The translations under genes and the position numbers were made by a program. DNA of 64,000 nt from the human T2T-CHM13v2.0 reference genome, Homo sapiens. Position 1 is the first letter of the stretch. Every line of letters starts with the position of its first letter. Location of the stretch: assembly GCF_009914755.1 (NCBI RefSeq), contig NC_060931.1. One strand, written 5' to 3'. The notes below the pieces were generated by a model. It was not told where the DNA came from. It saw only the letters and a program-made list of their open reading frames with translations, and did not search any database. Below, piece by piece: positions 50,097 to 64,000 of this stretch.

Positions 50097-52508
50097 CAGA
50101 ATTTTCTTATATAAATGTTTTAATTAGTATGTGAAACATCAAAACTGTTGCCCTTTGTGTCCACTGTTGGCCAGAATGGACCAAGTTATCTACAACTTGT
50201 CTGTTCCATTGACTACACTAAAAACTCTGGACAAGTTTACTTATTTGTTTTCTTAAGTATCTAAATGAGGACAATGAAAAGCAAACTATAGCAGGCAATT
50301 GAGAAATGAAGTGAAAACTTGAATTTGAATAACAGTGTATCATATGTGTTCATTTCATAGAGATCTTTTTCCCTCCTTTGTCTCCCAGGTTTAACCCTGC
50401 GGGCACTGCATAGCAGGTGCAGGTAGCAAACAATCTAAGAGAAACCTCTTGTATCTAACCAGAAAAGCAAGAAAAGGGGCCTTTTGCTCCAAAACCAGTT
50501 CCATTTGCAGATTACACTGAAATAGTAGCAGCTTAGGCACCAAAAAATCTCTAGAAAATACCCATATCTCTGGCTAGGGGAACTAGAAAATAGAGTCTGT
50601 TTTCCAAGAAATCTGAGGTAAATCAACATCATTTTTCTGTCTTGCCACTTCTACTCTGAAGGTGGTCCCAGTCGTGGTGTAAGTGCAGAACATTATGGGA
50701 GCCCCCAGTAACTTGGCTTTTCTAGCCGGAGGAACTAGAAGGTGAGACAACTGGAGGTTGGAAAGGCATAGGGGAAATTTTGAGAGCGATATAAAAGATG
50801 CTTCCTAATTCTGTGTGTAGATCAAAAGAAGTCCTGGGTTCAACCTTGCACTGGGCTCAACCTTGAGCATTGCATGCACAGCACAGACACAAAGAACCAC
50901 AGCAAAGGCCTCAAGAACTAAACATCTTAAAAACCACCATCCAATTCCCAGCATGTGCTGAGCAGAGACAAAAAGCATAACAAAGCCTTTGAAAAGTGAA
51001 TTAATGTTGGAACTGCTGCTCAAAGAGGGCAAGATGGAACTTTTAGTCTGAACCTAAACGGGTTGAGTGCCTGCTAAAACAAAAACATTTTCCAGAGAAT
51101 TTTTAACAGGGCCTAAAGTCTCTGCAATATAATGTCCAAAATGTCCGGGATACAGTCCAAAATTACTCAACATACTATGAGCCACGTAAAGCTGACTTTT
51201 TATTAAGAGAGAAGATAACAGATGTCAAGATGATCTAGATTTCGGAATTATCAGATAAGACCTTTAAAGCAGCTCTTATAGCCATGATCCATGGACTAAA
51301 GATAAGCGTGACTGAAATCAATGGAAAGGCAGAAGTTTTTAGCAGAGAAATCTGCTATAAAAACTATAAAAAAGAACTAAATAGAAATTTTAGATTTAGA
51401 AAAATACAATATTAAAAGTAAGTTTATCAGATGCTCAGTAGCTAAGTGGAGATAATAGAGGAAAGAGTCAGTGAGATTGAAGATAGACCACTGGAAATTA
51501 TAAAATCTGAAGAATTGAAAGGAAGAAGATTGGGGAGTCAGAAAAAACTGGATTGCAGGGATCTGTGGGACAATAATAAAAGGTCTTAAATTTGTGTCAT
51601 TGGTCTCCCAGAAGGAAAGGAAAAATACTGCTGTAAGACAAAATTTGAAGAAATAATGGCTGGGACTTCCCATGTTAGGTATAATAGGTTCAGGAAGTTC
51701 GTTGAATCCCAAGCAGAAACTAAAAGAAAACAATATCATATTGTAATCAATCTGCTGTAAATCAAAGATAAAAAATCTTGAAAGAAGCCAGAAGAGAAGG
51801 ACACATTATATACCGGGGAACAAAAATTCAAATTATGGCGGATTTCTTCTTAGAAACTATGGAGGACAGAGAAAGAAAAGAACTATCAACTATCAACTCA
51901 CCATTTTATGTCCAAGGAAAATATCCTCAAAACAGTATAGTAACAAGAGCAAAGTAAAGATACTTCCAAAGGAAAACTAAGAGAATTTGCTGCTATCAGA
52001 TCTGCCTCAATAGAAATGCCAAGGAAGTTCTTCAAGGTAAAATTAATTATACCAGAGAGAAATTTGAAATTGAATAATGAAGGAAGGGCAAAAAATAAAA
52101 ATAAATCGTCTTTTCTGTTTTCTCAGCCACTTGCCAAAAGAAATGCTAAATACCTGGGTAAATAGAGCAGACTGTTTTTCCTCTGCTGAAATTCTTTAAC
52201 ATATGTCTATTTACAGTTAAAAAAAATTAACATTGTCTTGTAGATAGTCATTGTATGTTGATGTAATACATATGGCCAATATAACAGAAAGGGAGGGTAA
52301 GGAAGCCAATAGTTAAAAAGCTGCTTTGTTTTACTCTGATAATATAGAAGTTGTTATATATATTTTGAAAAGTTAGATATATACCAACCACTACAGAGAG
52401 GGTGGGTGGAGATACTCCCCTAAATGTCTCCTATATATAGGACTGATAATTATTATAGACTTTAATAATTTTGTAAATTAAATGAGAATACTAAACAACA
52501 TTCAAATA

Positions 52509-52722
52509 TAGGTTGATAATCTCTAATTCACAGCGCTCCAAAATCTGAAACTTTTTCAGCACCAGCAGGACGCTCAAAAGAAATAGTCATTGGAGTGTGT
52601 TGTTTTTCAGTTTAGGATGCTCAGTCAGTATGTATTCTGCAAATATTCAAAAATCTGGGAAAAAAATCCAAAATCTGAAACACTTATAGGCCCAAGCATT
52701 TCAGATAAGGGATACTTGACTG
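52509..52722. mobile_element. Tigger4a-like element inserted in the L1
   Basis: TAGGTTGATAATCTCTAATTC ... CCCAAGCATTTCAGATAAGGGATACTTGACTG. Confidence 0.75.
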
Positions 52723-52980
52723 TCATCTGAAAAAAATGGAGAAAAGGGAAAATAGAAGCATGAAAAACAGACAATTTAAAAACAGATGATAAAATGATAG
52801 ACTTAAAATCTAATCAAATCAATCATTACACTAAATGCAAGTGGTATAAATTATACTAATCCAAAGGGAGATACTGTCCAATGACATTTTTTAAAAAGGA
52901 TCCAGCTGTATACTCTGGATAAAGAGAGTATCTGAATAACACTCCACTTTAAAGAATATCCCAGCAGAATGTGTATTTTA

Positions 52981-53379
<399 letters not shown>

Positions 53380-56300
53380 TCATTAAGCTAGAAATCAAAT
53401 AACAAAAATATCTAGGAAATCCCTAAATATCTAGAAATCAAACAACACATGGGCCAAGAAAAAGTTTCAAGGGAAATTAGAAAATATTTCCAATTAAATG
53501 AAAATACACCATAAAATTTGTGGGATGCAGGTAAAGCAGTGCTTAGAGGAAATTCGTAGCATTAAATGCTTTTACTGGTAAAAAAAGAAAGGTCCTCAGT
53601 CAATAGTCTAAACTTCCACCTTAGGAAACTACAAAATGAAGAGCCAATTAAATTCAAAATAAGAAGTTGGGAAATAATAAAGAGTAGAAATAAAAAGAAT
53701 GCTATGCATAACTCTACAACCTAAATTTGAGGACTTAGATAAAATGGAACAACTCCTTGAAAGATACAAGCTACCAACACTGGCTCAAGAAGAGATAGAT
53801 AGCATGAATGCTCCTATATCTGTTAAAGAAATTGGATTTGTAATTTTAAACTTTTGACAAAAGAAAACTCTGGGCCCGTATGGTTTCATTGACAAATTCT
53901 ACCATTTAAGGAATAAATAATACCAAATTCTACAATTTCTTTCAGAAAATAAGGAACACTTCTCAACTTATTCTATGAGGCTCACATTATCATGATACCA
54001 AAGAAAAAAACTTAGACCAATATCGTAAGTATAGTTGTCAAAATTTTCAACAAAATACTAGCAAATCCAGCAATATATAAAAAGGATAATGCATTGTTAC
54101 GTAGTACAGTTTATTCCAAGAATGAAAAGCTGTTTGAATATTTGAAAAAGTCAATGTAATTCACTAATAATGACAAAAGAAAAAAAATCACATGACAGCA
54201 AACACACAATAAATATTTGGCAAAATTCTGCATATATTTCTGTAAAAATTCTCAGCAAACTGAGTTGAAGGAAACATCATTAACTGGGTAAAGGGCATTT
54301 GCTAGAAATCTGCAGTTAACATCATTCTTAATGATGAAGGACCTTTTGCTTCCCTGTGGAATCAGGAACAAGGTAAAGACATCTGATTTTACCATTCTTA
54401 TTCACCATAGTACTGGAATTTCTACCCAGTGCAGTAAAGCAGGAAAATGTCATAAAAGACATACAGATTCTAATAGAAGAAATAAAACTATCTTTATTTG
54501 CAGACACCAGGTTGTCTGTATAGCAAATCCGTGGTGCCTACCAAAAAGCTTTTTGAACTAGTGAGTTTGGCAAGGTTGCCAGATACAGGATAAATGTACA
54601 ACAGTGAATTGTATTTCTACATCCTAGCAGTGAATAACGGGATATAAGTAGTTTATAAAAAGAGTGCCATTTGTAATATGATGAAAACAGTGAAACATTT
54701 TGCCATAAATCTAACAAAATATATGCAAGACATGTAAGCTAAAAACTAAAACATTGATGAAAGAATGCAATGAAGAACTACATTAATGCAGAGATACACA
54801 TTGTATTCAAGGATTGGATGGCCCAATATTGTTTCCATGTAATTTCTCCCCAAACATATCTGCAGATTCAGTATAATCCTTCTCATAATTCCAGCAGCAT
54901 TTTTATAGATAACAAGCTGATTCTAAAATTATATGAAAGGCAAAGCAATTAGAATAGCCAAAACAGTTTCAAAAATAACATAATTGGCTGATTTACACTG
55001 CATAATTTTAGGTGTTCCTGTAAAGCTACACTAATCAACACTGTGTAGTTTTGAAGGACACATGGATAAGTAAGACAGAATATAGAGTCCAGAAATTCCC
55101 CTCCACACACAGGGTGCAAAAACAGTTCAGTAAAGAAAAAGTAGCGTTTTCAATAAATTGTATAGAAGAATTAGCCATATGCAAAACCTTTAACCTACAT
55201 ATCTCAAGTCTTTTACAAAAACTAACTCCAAGTGATTCAGAGACTTAAATCCAAAACCTAAAACAACAAAGCTTTTTGAATAAAATATAGGACAAAATCT
55301 TTGCAGCCTTGAGATAGGCTACGAGTGCTTTAACACAACTCCGAAAGTGTAATCCATAAAAGAAAAAATCAGTAAATAGGACTTGATGAAAACTAAAAAC
55401 TTTTGCTCTGTGATGGATCCTGTTAAGAGAATGAAAACTCTTAACAGATACAGATACAGACTGGGAGAAAGTGTTTGAAAATCACATACCTGACAAAGTG
55501 CTTTTATGCTGAACACCTTAAGAAGTTTTAAACTCAGTGTAAACAAATTTAACAGTTTTTTTTTTTTAAATGAGCAAAGGATTTGACACTTCACCAGAGA
55601 ACATATGTATGTGACGGAAAAGTGCATGAAAAGATGTCTGATATCATCTATTAGGGAAATGGAAAATAAAACCATAATGCAATACTACTGTACACCTATT
55701 AGAATGGCTAAAATCAAAAGCAAGAACCATGAGAACATGGTAACTGCAAGTACTGGTGAGGATGCAGAGCAATTGGAATTCTCATATATTGCTGGTGGGA
55801 ATGCAAAATGACACACTGCCTTTGGAAACTAGTTTGGCATTTTCTTATAAACATGCAATTACCATATGATCTAGCAAATCTACTTCTGAGTATTTACCCA
55901 AGAGAAGTAAGAACTGTGTTCACACAAAAAAAGCTGTGAGTGTGCATGTGTGTGTGTGTGGCAGATTTATTTATTTATTACTCAAAATTGGAAGTAACCC
56001 AAATGTCCTTCAGCTGGTGAATGGATAAAAATATCCATACATTGGAGTACTACTCCCCAACATAAAGGAATGAATTATTAATAAACAGCCACATGGATGA
56101 AACTCAGATGCATTATGCTAAGTGAAAGATTTCAGAATCAAAAGACTGCATAATATATGATATCATTTATGTGATATTCTGGAAAAATCAAAACTATAAG
56201 GACAGAGAACAGATTTGTGTTTTCTAGGGCATAAGCAAGGAGGAGGGAGAGTTCAACTACAAAGAGACACTACAAAGGAATTTTTGGAAGTGATAGCAAC

Positions 56301-56685
56301 TCTTCTGTGTGTTTATTTTGGTGGCGATTATGTGACTGAATGCATTTGTCAAAACTCATAGAACTCTATACCAAAAAAATGAATTTTACTGTATATAAAT
56401 TAAAACATAAATGTTAAAAAAGTGGAGACAAACTCATTTTGAGAGACTACAGTGTAAAAAGGGAGAGAGATTTACTATTTTATATTTTAAGAATTCAGAA
56501 CAGTTTTCTGTTAAGCCTCATGTGCATGCCTCAGTATCAGGCAAACACTTCTGTTAACTCTGCCAAGGATAATAGGATTTAGAGCCAAAGGGACTCCTGA
56601 AAATTATTTTGTGCAACCCCATCATTTCATAAATAAGTAAACTGAAGGCTCAAGAGGCTAATTGTCTTCCAAGGCTCTAAATGTA

Positions 56686-57720
56686 GTTACTCTTGCTGCT
56701 TTCTAGATTTTCTCTTTGTCTTTGTCTTTCAGCAGTTTGATTATAATGTGACTCGATGTGACTCTCTGCATTTAACCTACTCGGAGTTCATTGAGCTTCT
56801 TGGATATGCAGATTATTATTTATTTATTTTTTTTTCAAATTGGGGAAGTTTTTACCTATTTTTCAAATATTCTTTCTTTAAACACCTTGGAACTAATGAG
56901 TCTCTCAGCCTGTGCTGAAAGGTTCTGTGTGCATGTTGCAGCTTGCCTTCAGCACTCAGCCAGTCATTTGACATCTCTGCCTTAGCCTTCACTTTCTGCT
57001 TACCTAGAGCCTCAGGATTAGGCACAGATTAGTTAGGGCCTTCTCATGCTATTCTGAGCAGGCTCACAGCACTAAACGTGTGTGACCTTCTAAACATGTA
57101 TGACCTTCTAGATTCCTGTGTATATGTCACAGGTTTTTAAAGCTCTTCTGAATCTCTTAGCTCTCAGCTAGCTTTTCCTTTAAAGCCTTTTGGTTAGTCT
57201 ATTGTTTGTCCCAATTATTATCCCCTGTCTTGGGCATCCATGAAGTTAAAATACTTGCTTCTAATTGTTTTAGACAAACACATGCCCTGCCTTACATCTG
57301 GGAGAAGGCATTTCTCATGGGGCTACTTCACAGAGTCAGATTAAATATGACAGTTTTATAAGTGGAGTCTTCAGGGAATGATTATTTGGGAATTAGGCTT
57401 TGAAAGAGCCTCAGCTGTGTTCCACCCCCTCTAGTGGCTGCCAGATGGTGCCAAGAATTCAGGCTGTTATTTTTCAAGGCTGCCACAGAGGTGGGGAGTG
57501 GAAAATGAGACTAGTAAGTTAAAATACTACAAAGCTTGCTGTTCTTACAGAAATTCAGCCATTTTTCTTGAATAAACACTTCCATGGATTGCTGCAAGCC
57601 TTGATTAATTGCCAGAATCTGAAATGGTTGCTTTTGACAGTTTTTTTCCCATAGGTTTTTGTTGCTTTTATGGAAGAGCAAAGTTTTGGAGGTTCTTCAC
57701 CATGGTCAGTGACATCATTT
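56686..57720 (-). mobile_element. L1M ORF1/5' fragments
   Basis: GCTTTCTAGATTTTCTCTTTGTCTTTG...CAGCAGTTTGATTATAATGTG antisense ORF1 motif. Confidence 0.6.
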
Positions 57721-58254
57721 CTTGGTTTTGCTCTTGCCCCCTCTTTCTTTCTGAAGCATCATAAGGATTAGAATGATCCTTGTGTTGATGAGTTCTCTTT
57801 GTGACATGTTGAATGATGCTGTCTGTGGCACATCCAGGAAATGTCTAATTCACAGCTGAGTTTCGGAATCTGGATCTTGATGTAGTCATCTATTTATAGA
57901 TGATAGTTAAAACAAAGTGGATTAAATAGCCTAAATAAAGCATTTATAATGAAATAACCAAAGAGCTTCTATATTTGAGTTGATAATTGCTACAGGAAAA
58001 AATGAAAAATCACTCATTATGCAGATTGGTGTCCCTATAAATTCATGGTCTCAAATCTCAACCAGTTTCTCAGAACTGCCTATCAATCTTAGTCGTCTTT
58101 GTCAGTTTTCTCATTAACTTAATTATTATCTAAACCTCCTTAAGTCTTCTTATATCCCTTGTCACTCCCCTTCAACCTCGCCTTACTCTCAGTTTTCTAC
58201 TTAAAGAAAATTAAAGCATGACTTCTCTCAAATTATCATCTTTCCCCCCTTATT

Positions 58255-58548
58255 ACAACCAGCCCTCCTTATATGTGGATTCCTCATCCTCAGATTCAGC
58301 CAACTAGAGATTGAAAATTTTTGAAAAAATAAAAACTGTAAAAAATAATACAAATTAAAAATAATATAACAACTATTTATATTAGTCATAAAAGTAATCT
58401 AGAGATGATTTAAAGTATATGGGAGGATGTGTGTAGGTTATATGCAAATACTGTATGCACCATTTTATATAAGAGACTTGAGCATCAAATGATTTGGGGA
58501 TCTACGGGGTCCTGGGACCAATCCTAGTGTATACCAAGGGCAACTATC
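58255..58548. mobile_element. Tigger3/MER7-like DNA transposon
   Basis: AAGTAATCTAGAGATGATTTAAAGTATATGGGAGGATGTGTGTAGGTTATATGCAAATAC core. Confidence 0.8.
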
Positions 58549-58737
58549 TACTTTTACCCCCAGGTAAATGATACTGGAAAATGTAGGGTACTCATGAAAA
58601 GACTTTAGATATTCTAGGCCGCGTAGGTAAGAAAGAGTGTAGGAGGGACTGATAGACTGGGAGTAAGGTAGGGGTGTTTCAGGAACTACATGGCTCTCAG
58701 TTTGAATAACTTGAGTCCTTACATTCAAAAATGATTA

Positions 58738-59330
<593 letters not shown>

Positions 59331-59411
59331 TCAAATTACGTAGGAATTTGAGGAGGAAGAGAAAGGATCGGTCTTACGGTCTCTAAATGCCACACATTTA
59401 AAAATGTCCCT

Positions 59412-59853
59412 TTAGTGGGTTGAATTGTTTCTTCCAAAAAGATATGTTTAAATCCTAATCCTAGTATCTGTGAATGTGACCTTATTTGGAAATAGGGTCT
59501 TTGCAGATGAAATGAAGTTAAAATGAAGCCATACTGGATTAGGGTGGGCCCTAAACTCAATAGCTGATGTCCTTATAAGAGGAGAAGACACAGGGGAAAA
59601 GTCCAGGCAAAGACAAAGGCAGGGATTGAAGCAGTGCAGCTACAAACCAAGGAATGCCAAGGATTGCCAGCAGTCAGCAGAAGCTAGGGTGAGGCAAGAA
59701 AGGACTCTTCTCTAGAGTCCTTGGAGGGAGCAAGGCTGGGCTGAGATCTTAATTTTGGACTTCTGGCCTCCAGAACTGTGAGAAAATAAATTTATGTTGT
59801 TTTAAGCCACCCAGTTTGTGGTATTTTCTTATAGAAGCCCGAGGAAACTAATA
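59412..59853 (+). mobile_element. MaLR LTR (MLT1B/C-like)
   Basis: GAATGTGACCTTATTTGGAAATAGGGTCTTTGCAGATG and CCTCCAGAACTGTGAGAAAATAAATT...TTTAAGCCACCCAGTTTGTGGTA. Confidence 0.85.
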
Positions 59854-60483
59854 TATTACCTTAATTTGCTCTTGAAATTAATTTTAATTTATAAATATGG
59901 AGGTATATTATCAAATGACAAACTTAGAAATAGCATTAGTAATTTAAAAAGTATGTTTCATACATTGTCATAGCTTAGTTTTGAGAGTAGCAATTTGAAA
60001 AACAGATTATAGGCAGAACTCTGACAGTTAGATAACTGACTCTTGATAGGTGCTTCAGATACAGAAAGCTTAAAAGATCTGGTTTATTCCACTCATCCAT
60101 TCCAATCTATCATTCCATTTGAAATCTCAGCAAATTTTTTCCAAGGGAAATTACTGTTAAGAATATTAAAATAGTAAGTAGTCGAATGTAGTTTCTGGAA
60201 CATTGTATTTAAATCCTTTTAAAAGACTACATTTTCTTAATGTGATAAAGCATGGTATTCTCTTAGATAATCTAGGCAAAAGGAGCATTTTTTTTCCTAT
60301 ACTCAGTTTATTAAAAATTTCTTGGGATACATTGAGATTTTCATGAAGAAATGAAATTTGAAATTTGTTCTTGACGTACTTTGGATATTTGTAATGAAGA
60401 TGTTTTACATATCTTGAGCCATATATTAGGTCAGCTATAATTTATTGGGCTTTAAATTTTTTATAAGGTTATATCATATGTAA

Positions 60484-61024
60484 CTAGATTAGTTTTCTAT
60501 TGCTGCCACAACAAATTACCACAAATTTAGCCGCTTAAAATAACACACACTTATTACCTCATAGTTTCTCTAGGTCAGGAGTTCAAGGGGCCTCAGCTGG
60601 GTGCTCTGCTCAGTTTCTCACAGAGCCAAAATCAAGGCTTTGGCAGGACTGCATTCCTTACTGAAGACCCTGGGGAGAAACCTGCTTCCAAAGTCGTTTG
60701 AATTGTCAGCTAAATTCAGTTCCTTTCTGTTGTAGAATGTAGGTCCTTGTTTCCTTGCCAGCTGGCAGTTGGGAGCCTCCAGTGTTTACACTTGGAGGCT
60801 GCCCACACTCCTTCTCATACTGTCCATGTGGCCCCCTCCAGCAACAGCAGGGCACGTTTCCCCTCACTATTCTAATCTCCCTGATTCTAGCTAAAGAAAG
60901 CTCTTCGCTTTTAAGAATTCATGTGATTACATTACGCACTACTGGATAATTCAGAATAATATCCCTATATTAAGCTCCATAACTTTAGTTAGATCTGCAC
61001 AGTCCCTTTTACCATGTTACTTAA
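60484..61024 (-). mobile_element. MaLR LTR (MLT1E-like), cut by the ERV insertion
   Basis: TTAGTTTTCTATTGCTGCC...ACAAATTACCACAAATTTAG...GCTTAAAA. Confidence 0.75.
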
Positions 61025-61484
61025 TGTGGGAAACACACATTCGCCTGTCTGAACCCAAAGACTGCACTTGGAGACACAAAGAACAGCAAAAGCGAGACTT
61101 TTAATGGTGGTCTTGCAAGATGGGGCGTATGGTAGGCAGGCACACCCAGGGCAGTTACAGCAGTTAATTTACCTCCTAGCATGCAAATCCCTCCCCTAGT
61201 TCCTCATAGGTCGAGTATTACAGGGTTACAATCTTCCCGGACATCATCCAAGTTTCATTATCCCCCTAATAAGGGTGTAATCTTCCCTTCCCTGCTTAAG
61301 TTTCGATTTCCCAATAATGAAACTTTCTTCGCTTTTATGGGCTGACCCCTTCTCTACATTCTGTTTGCTCATTGTGACCTTCTAGGTGCGTGAGCCGTGC
61401 AGTTTGTTACATCCGCAGGCTGGTTGCCAGTATATTTAGATTTATCATGCCTTGAAAATAGATCATTTAAAACATTTTCTCACA
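61025..61484 (-). mobile_element. 3' LTR of a class I ERV (LTR10-like), 460 bp
   Basis: TG...CA ends; minus strand starts TGTGAGAAAATGTTTTAAATG; preceded by PPT AGAAAAGAGGAGGGACTT. Confidence 0.75.
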
Positions 61485-61589
61485 AAGTCCCTCCTCTTTT
61501 CTGTTTACTTCCTTCGGTCTCATTTTCATCTAAATCCTTTTTGTCCTTGAATTGCTCTAGAAGTCTTTTACTTTCTCCATAGGAGATTG

Positions 61590-63043
61590 AGTTTAATTTT
61601 GTTTCTAATAGTACCAGGTTATTTTGCTGGTTAAGTCATGGGCATTTGTTTATTAATAGCTGTTTTAATCTCTGTGCTAGTCCCCCCACACAAGGGTTAA
61701 TACAAAAATCCCACTGCTGTTAAGACTTCTGCCACAATTATGAGAGATGTAAGGATTGAGGGCTACCATGTCTTTCCATTTTCCAAACCAATCTTCTAGC
61801 CAACCCATAAATGGGTCATCAATTCCAGCATTTTCTGCCAGTTCATTGGCTAGAGTTGTTGGTCTTCGTAAAGCTTTTCTGATGGTCCCATCTGGGGCAG
61901 TATTGTTGGGAATGAAAGTACAACATTTCCCACCCAGCATAACACATACGCCCCCTTTTTCTGCTAGTATCATGTCTAGCGCAAGCCTGTTTTCCCAGGC
62001 CATTTGGCTGATGGCATTTAGCTGGCTAGCCACCCCTTTGAGGATGTCCCGAGTATAATCGATGAATCTCTGTTGATTATAATAGATGTAGTTAATCTAG
62101 TCCACATTCTTAATAGTTGACCACCAGAAGAGTGCTGACTTAAACCGAGCTGCTATTTGGTTTCGGGCCTTAAATTCATTAGGCACCCCCCCCCCCCCGG
62201 AACTCCTATAGAGTTAACATATATATTGGGATCAAAAGATACGTCAAATCTCTCCGGTTTTGGTAGCCGTGTGTATTTTCGGGTATCTTATGGAATACCA
62301 GGATGAAGGGAATGGCCAACTGGACTAAAGCACAAGTCCCAGTCCAATTGGACGGTAACAACTTATCATCCTTTTTTCCCACAGTACCACCAGACATCAG
62401 CCGTGGTGTATGGAGAGCTGAGTAATTGCCATTGCCTGACTCAACCTGTGATGCTTAGGATGTGGGTACAAGTTGAGAGTTCTCCCATGGGCTTATTGAA
62501 CTCTGCCCCCTGCCTGGAGAGGCAAGAGGAGTAGTTCATATTCCCTGTAGAGAATGAGGGGTTCTGACCTCTCTCCACAATGCGGGAAAGAGCAATGACA
62601 GACTCTTACAAGTCTCATTTTCCCATGCATCCTTGTCTCGGTATAGAGCCAACATGCAACACATTACTTCAGGATCAGTATTCCATCCTAGGGGAAATGG
62701 AACCACCCATGCCTGAGGTCCTCCCGCAGCACATGCATAGTAGTTACTCTTGTTGAGGGCTTGTACCAAAAATGTGACCCACTCAACCCAGGCATTCACA
62801 TCCCCATACCCTCAGTTTTTAAGGTTTGCTTTACATCCTTTACCTCAATTATTTTTAGCCTTTTAGGATCATTATTTGGTGGACTAAAGTGTTTACTAGG
62901 GCCTGGGCTTGGAGTAGTACCAGACACTTGGGGGGTTGAGTTTTTGATGAGTTTGAGAATAAATCGCCCTACAGGGTCTTTCCCTGTGATGTCTGCCCCT
63001 AACCCATATAACCAAGAGTCTTCCAGAACTGGGGCCAGCCCAT
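61590..63043 (-). pseudogene. Defective ERV env (HERV-IP10 / P(b)-like)
   Basis: ISD ENRLALDMILAEKGG, CX6CC CVMLGGKCC, then TFIPNNTAPDG; in-frame TAG at 62097-62099 and several frameshifts; putative ATG at 63043 (MGWPQFWK). Confidence 0.85.
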
Positions 63044-63059
63044 GTTTTCTTTTTAGATT

Positions 63060-64000
63060 TTTCTCAGAGTTAACTTTAAGGGTTCCTTAGGTGACCCATG
63101 CACTTTCCACTGGTCTTTTCCCCTCCTTTCCAGGGTCTCCTTTACCAGTCCCTTGACTCGAGTATAGTGAGTCCACCTCATGCAGCTGTTCGCATGGCTG
63201 TCTCAGTGGTCAGGAGCACTTGATAGGGACCTTCCCAGCTTGGGTGGAGCTTGTCTTCTTTCCAAGTCTTAATCAGCACCAAGTTACCAGGCTGAAAGTG
63301 GTGAGCCATGAACTCAAGAGGTGAAGTTTGAGTTAGAAGTCGTTTTAACCTAAGGGATGACAGGGTGGAGTATATGGCCACTATATAATTTCTTTAAAAA
63401 TTGATCCTTGGTTTCCATAGCCGGAAGATCTGTAGCTCTGCGCAAATATAGGAGCCCATATAATGACTCGTAGAGGGGCAATCCCAAGTCTTTTATTGGT
63501 GCTTGTTCTAATCTAAGGAATGCTATTGGGGGACATTTGGTTCAAGGCATTTTAGTTTTTAAGATTAGTTTGGTGATATGCTTTGTGAGAGTTTGAGTCA
63601 TTCTTTCTACTTTCCAGAGGAAGGGAGATGCCAAGGGGTGAGATAATCCCATTTAATTTGTAAACCTTCCATAATTCACCTTAACACCCTTGAGGTAAAG
63701 TGGCTTCCATTGTCTGAATTAATATTTTCCATCAGTCCAAAGCTAGGTGAATCTGTTTTAATATTATTTTGACCACATTCCCAGCAGTGGCTGTTGGAAG
63801 GGGAAAGGCTTCTACCCAGCCTGAAAGGTAATCTACCATCACCAGTAAATACTTTAGTCTTCCTACTTTGGGCATTTCTGTGAAATCTACTTGAATGCTT
63901 TGAAGTGGTCTTACTCCGGAGGTCTTCCTGTTTTCTAATCACCTTTTTGTTTATCTTTTGACAAGTTAACACAATTTCCACATGCTTGTTTAGCAAGGGT
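63060..64000 (-). pseudogene. Defective ERV pol integrase domain (continues past the window end)
   Basis: INSDNGSHFTS (catalytic D region), SSGKVERM, and C-terminal WEGPYQVLLTTETA; frameshifted. Confidence 0.88.

Noticed and set aside
61130-61190. Possible p53 element, since some LTR10 subfamilies carry them
   Set aside because: AGGCACACCC lacks the CWWG core and I see no paired RRRCWWGYYY half-sites.

Overview
Human (primate) intronic DNA from the middle of SP4 (Sp4 zinc-finger transcription factor, 7p15), transcribed on the + strand. Only two coding exons are present: 37221-37449 (229 nt; Gln-rich tail and Buttonhead box) and 42066-42265 (200 nt; C2H2 fingers 1 and 2). The MIR1183 hairpin lies at 31200-31288. 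The rest is intron dense with transposons: about 29 Alu copies or fragments, an antisense MER50 provirus lacking its 5' LTR, an antisense ERV9 LTR12 solo LTR, the 3' half of an antisense HERV-IP10/LTR10-type provirus, old L1M/L2/MIR pieces, MaLR LTRs and DNA transposons. The supplied ORFs are almost all spurious repeat translations; a few are decayed env/pol frames. I found no demonstrably new system. The best leads are sequence-based hypotheses about SP4 RNA regulation: a stop-free 429-nt exon 4-5 circle bracketed by inverted Alus, a poison 3' splice site 44 nt upstream of exon 4, two candidate poison exons in intron 3, and a possible chimeric antisense unit (LTR12 promoter, headless MER50, MER50 polyA signal). 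Repeat subfamilies, repeat boundaries and exon numbers are from recall and by-eye reading, so they are approximate.
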